NCBI GenBank assembly: GCA_964410585.1
Contig: CAYPFW010000005.1
Coordinates: 1-59,495, forward strand
Length of the DNA: 59,495 bases
Direction of reading: 5' to 3'
DNA from: an uncultured archaeon
GTDB taxonomy: Archaea > Aenigmatarchaeota > Aenigmatarchaeia > QMZP01 > JACQNV01
Numbering within the stretch: position 1 is the stretch's first letter; every line of letters begins with the position of its first letter. The notes beneath the pieces were generated by a model. It did not search any database. It was given only the letters and a program-made list of their open reading frames with translations, and was not told the origin of the DNA. This document shows, piece after piece, positions 56,461 to 59,495 of this stretch. A program made the translations under genes and the position numbers.

Positions 56461-56840
56461 ATGGTACAGTGTAATTTTGTTAAATCTGATTGTCAAAACT
56501 GTTCAGCACAAGCAATGAAGGGCGACAGTTTCTGTTTCTCCCACTCTGAAAACGAAATTGTAGTTGAGAAAAGAGAACAAGCCAATAAACTCGGCGGTGA
56601 GCGAAGTGTGAGATATGATGATTTCTCAGAAGAGAACGTGTCTATACAAAGTGTGGATGATGTTGTCAAACTTCTCGAGTCAACAATTAATGCAGTTAGG
56701 AAAGGAAAATGCAGACAAATCATGCCAACTGCATCGGCTACCTAGCCAACCTGATGCTATCCGCTTTCGAGAAAAGAGACTTAACAACAAAAATAGAAAT
56801 GTTAGAAAACGTTGTAATGGTAAGGAAGGCTGCGCTATGA
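56461..56840 (+). pseudogene. Zn-finger small protein with a 1-nt frameshift near 56709
   Basis: C..C..C..H N-terminus; the expected tail ANCIGYLANLML...LE continues in another frame to a TGA overlapping ATG 56837. Confidence 0.55.
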
Positions 56841-57559
56841 ATCCAGAAAAATTGATAGAAAAGGCGTACGAAGCATTGACCGCAGAAGAGAGGATAAAAG
56901 TACTAGACCAGTTCGCTTTTCAGATAGCAAAGAAGAGGGTTGCAGGAGAAGATGCCTCGATTCTTTTGGCTGAATTAGAAAGAATTTATGAGACAGTGCC
57001 ACCCAACCAAGAGTTTGAATACACCCAAAAATTGTTGGAATATCTTAAGTCAGAATGGGAAAAAGACAGCGTAAGGCACGGTGTTTATAGTCTGCTTTAC
57101 AGGCAACTGTTAAACGAGGCCATGCTGAGAGAATGTATAAACAGGATGAAGATGTTTATTGCCTTTCAGAATATAGCTGCTGGCCTAAAGAAAGAAAAAG
57201 TTGAGAGTGATAAAATCCTAGCAGCGTTTAACATCTTGTTGTTAAGAGGGGTTGATTTTGATGAAGAAGATGGGCTAACCCCAGAACAAAGATTACAGTT
57301 GGCTTTGAGCTTTGAGTGCGAGAACGCAAAGAAGTTGACTCTAAATGAATTTGAATTAAAAGAAATAGAAAAGATTGAGGCTGAGATAAACACCATTCTT
57401 GATCTGGTCTACAAAGAGCAGGAAGATATAAAGCAGGAATTATGCATTCTGTTAGAAGATGATAAATCACTTCTTCAGATGGTAGATGGAAAAGAGATAA
57501 CATCGAAAATAATCTTCGATGTTTTCCATCAGCTAATATTAAAATCAAAGGTTTACTGA
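56837..57559 (+). CDS. Hypothetical helical protein
   Basis: Likely start MNPEKLIEKAY within the 56615 ORF. Confidence 0.65.
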   Translation: MNPEKLIEKAYEALTAEERIKVLDQFAFQIAKKRVAGEDASILLAELERIYETVPPNQEFEYTQKLLEYLKSEWEKDSVRHGVYSLLYRQLLNEAMLRECINRMKMFIAFQNIAAGLKKEKVESDKILAAFNILLLRGVDFDEEDGLTPEQRLQLALSFECENAKKLTLNEFELKEIEKIEAEINTILDLVYKEQEDIKQELCILLEDDKSLLQMVDGKEITSKIIFDVFHQLILKSKVY

Positions 57560-57684
57560 CTATTTACAGAGATTTGGGATTCATAACTATAGTAAAAGGG
57601 TACGGTATTATTCTTTGTAGACAACCAATTAAATTGAATGTATTATTATAGGATGGAAAAGAAATATAATAGGGGGATTATAGT

Positions 57685-58479
57685 ATGTCGGAGAAGAGCA
57701 GTATAGAATGGACTGATTCTAGCTGGAATCCTGTTACTGGTTGCACCAAAATTAGTTCTGGTTGTGCTAATTGTTATGCAGAGAGATTGTCTAAAAGATT
57801 ACAAAAAATGAATCCAAAGGGAAAATATCGCAATGCGTTTAAAGTAGTACTTCATCCCCAAGATTTAGAATTACCATTAAAATGGAAAACACCAAAAACT
57901 ATTTTTGTAAATAGTATGTCAGATCTTTTCCATAAAGATGTTCCTGATAATTTTATTAAAAAAATATTCGATGTCATGGAAAAGGCAAATTGGCATACTT
58001 TTCAAATTCTAACTAAAAGACCAGAAAGAATGAACTATTTCACAAATAATGTTTTTAAAAAAATACTGCCTAATGTTTGGTTAGGTACATCAATGGAAGA
58101 TAGAAGGGTTATCCATAGATTAAAGGAGCTAAAAAGCACTAAAGCTAAAATACGATTTATAAGTTTTGAACCATTGATAGGACAAATAGGAAAAGTAAGT
58201 CTAAAGGGAATTCACTGGGCTATCGTTGGTGGTGAATCTGGAAAATATCATAGACCTATCAAAGAAGAATGGGTACTTGAGATCAGAGATCAATGTAAAA
58301 GTCAAAATGTTCCGTTTTTCTTTAAACAGTGGGGTGGTCTAACATCTAAGTCTGGTGGTAGGCTTTTAAAAGGAAAAACGTATGATGAATATCCTTATAT
58401 TTCAAAAGATCCTAGCATCATATTAGGTATGGGATCAAATGTCAAAAAAACCAAAAAGACAGATAGCGGATTACATTAA
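57685..58479 (+). CDS. DUF5131 (phage Gp37/Gp68) three-Cys radical-SAM-like protein
   Basis: IEWT..WNP.TGC.K.S.GC.NCYA, FVNSMSDLFH, LTKRP, SFEPL, VGGESG, FFKQWGG. Confidence 0.92.
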   Translation: MSEKSSIEWTDSSWNPVTGCTKISSGCANCYAERLSKRLQKMNPKGKYRNAFKVVLHPQDLELPLKWKTPKTIFVNSMSDLFHKDVPDNFIKKIFDVMEKANWHTFQILTKRPERMNYFTNNVFKKILPNVWLGTSMEDRRVIHRLKELKSTKAKIRFISFEPLIGQIGKVSLKGIHWAIVGGESGKYHRPIKEEWVLEIRDQCKSQNVPFFFKQWGGLTSKSGGRLLKGKTYDEYPYISKDPSIILGMGSNVKKTKKTDSGLH

Positions 58480-59452
58480 AAATTATACGCAAGCTAATGT
58501 AGAAATTAAAAATTCTTCTGATATTTTTAATGAAGAAGGCTTTGATTCATGGAGCTTTAAAAAACTAATAATTCTTGAGTATTATATAAAGGGCTATCTT
58601 AACACTCTCAAAAAAAATGGTTACAAATGTTTCTTTATTGATATGTTTAGTGGTTCTGGAGCTAGCATGATCTCAGATAAAATCAGTACAATTGGTTCCC
58701 CTATAATCTCTATTTTGAGTGGTGTTTTTCCCATAAAGATAAATGAAATTAGGAGATTTGATAAATGGTTTTTCTTAGAAAAGGAAGATAATTATTGCAA
58801 TGCATTAGAAAAGAGAATAGACTCGACTATAAGTATCATAAACAAAGAAAAGAAACTAAATTTATCGAGAGATAAGGAAATATTTGTATATCGTGGTGAT
58901 TGTAATGAAAATGTTGATAGAGTTGTTAGTCAAATAAAACAAAATTATGAAGGCCCAAAGATAGCAACCCTGACTTTTGTTGATCCTTATAATCTAGGAC
59001 AATTTAGATTGAAATCATTAGAGAAAATATCAAAGTTAGGTCATGCAGATATAATATTTACCATACCCACTAGCGATTTCAAAAGAAATATAAAAACATA
59101 TAAAAACATAAAAGAGCTTATACCAATTACAGAGTCAGAATTAGATGCTGTGAGAAAAGAAAAAAGTAAAATAACGGATGAGGATCTTGTTCTTATGTTT
59201 GCAAAAAATATATCGCATTCAACAGAAACAGCAATTCGTTATTCACCAAATGGTGTGATAGCAAAAAATAGGAAAGAAAGTGAAATATATAGAACGGTTT
59301 TATTCTCAAAATCGAAAGCAGCCCCTAGTATACTGGGTAATTTATTTGTAGAATTAAATAAACTAACAACAAATGATATTGATGGATTATTAAAAAAGAT
59401 ACATGGAAGTCAATCAGATTTGAAAGGATTCCTTTCAAGTGAACGTGTCTAA
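58439..59452 (+). CDS. tcmP: Three-Cys-motif partner protein (TcmP-like methyltransferase fold)
   Basis: WS..KL..L..Y, IDMFSGSG, GSP, GDCN, FVDP; adjacent to DUF5131. Confidence 0.85.
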   Translation: MSKKPKRQIADYIKNYTQANVEIKNSSDIFNEEGFDSWSFKKLIILEYYIKGYLNTLKKNGYKCFFIDMFSGSGASMISDKISTIGSPIISILSGVFPIKINEIRRFDKWFFLEKEDNYCNALEKRIDSTISIINKEKKLNLSRDKEIFVYRGDCNENVDRVVSQIKQNYEGPKIATLTFVDPYNLGQFRLKSLEKISKLGHADIIFTIPTSDFKRNIKTYKNIKELIPITESELDAVRKEKSKITDEDLVLMFAKNISHSTETAIRYSPNGVIAKNRKESEIYRTVLFSKSKAAPSILGNLFVELNKLTTNDIDGLLKKIHGSQSDLKGFLSSERV

Positions 59453-59495
59453 TAAATAACCAATAACACAGTGTATGAGCTTTGTCTCATACAGA

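Larger units (their letters stand above)
46120..59495. mobile_element. Integrated plasmid- or virus-like element (left end approximate; right end outside the window)
   Basis: Integrase next to a truncated host gene, primase-helicase, RHH and AbrB regulators, cargo genes, long spacers, no housekeeping genes. Confidence 0.8.

Noticed and set aside
56615-56836. N-terminal 74 aa of the 314-aa ORF
   Set aside because: It overlaps the frameshifted upstream gene; the ATGA junction at 56837 is the more plausible start.

Overview
AT-rich archaeal chromosome segment, most likely a DPANN lineage (possibly Aenigmarchaeota-like; this is inferred from gene content only). From left to right: (1) the 3' part of a 23S rRNA gene carrying three bulge-helix-bulge (BHB) introns, one encoding a LAGLIDADG endonuclease, with a strongly divergent peptidyl-transferase centre; (2) Sec61beta and RNase P RNA; (3) a mevalonate cluster combining Thermoplasma-type mevalonate 3-kinase and mevalonate-3-phosphate 5-kinase homologs with an MvaD-family decarboxylase, a mevalonate kinase and IDI-2, interrupted by HEPN/MNT toxin-antitoxin pairs and two orphan GHMP-kinase gene tails; (4) housekeeping genes (apparently inactive PEP synthase, uL16, dcd, TFS, RpoL, HMG-CoA reductase, Dph2, folate/thymidylate cluster, SecDF, Hjc); (5) a replication origin with ORB boxes upstream of orc1/cdc6 and a degenerate PolD DP1; (6) from about 46.1 kb, an integrative element that truncates a TctA/DUF112 gene and carries a tyrosine integrase, surface lipoproteins, a tRNA-like RNA, a primase-helicase and a DUF5131/TcmP pair, running off the window end. 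A 15-bp palindrome, TATAACA(G/C/T)TGTTATA, occurs 10 times, five of them in the origin. All protein family calls come from motif recognition by eye; no database searches were run.
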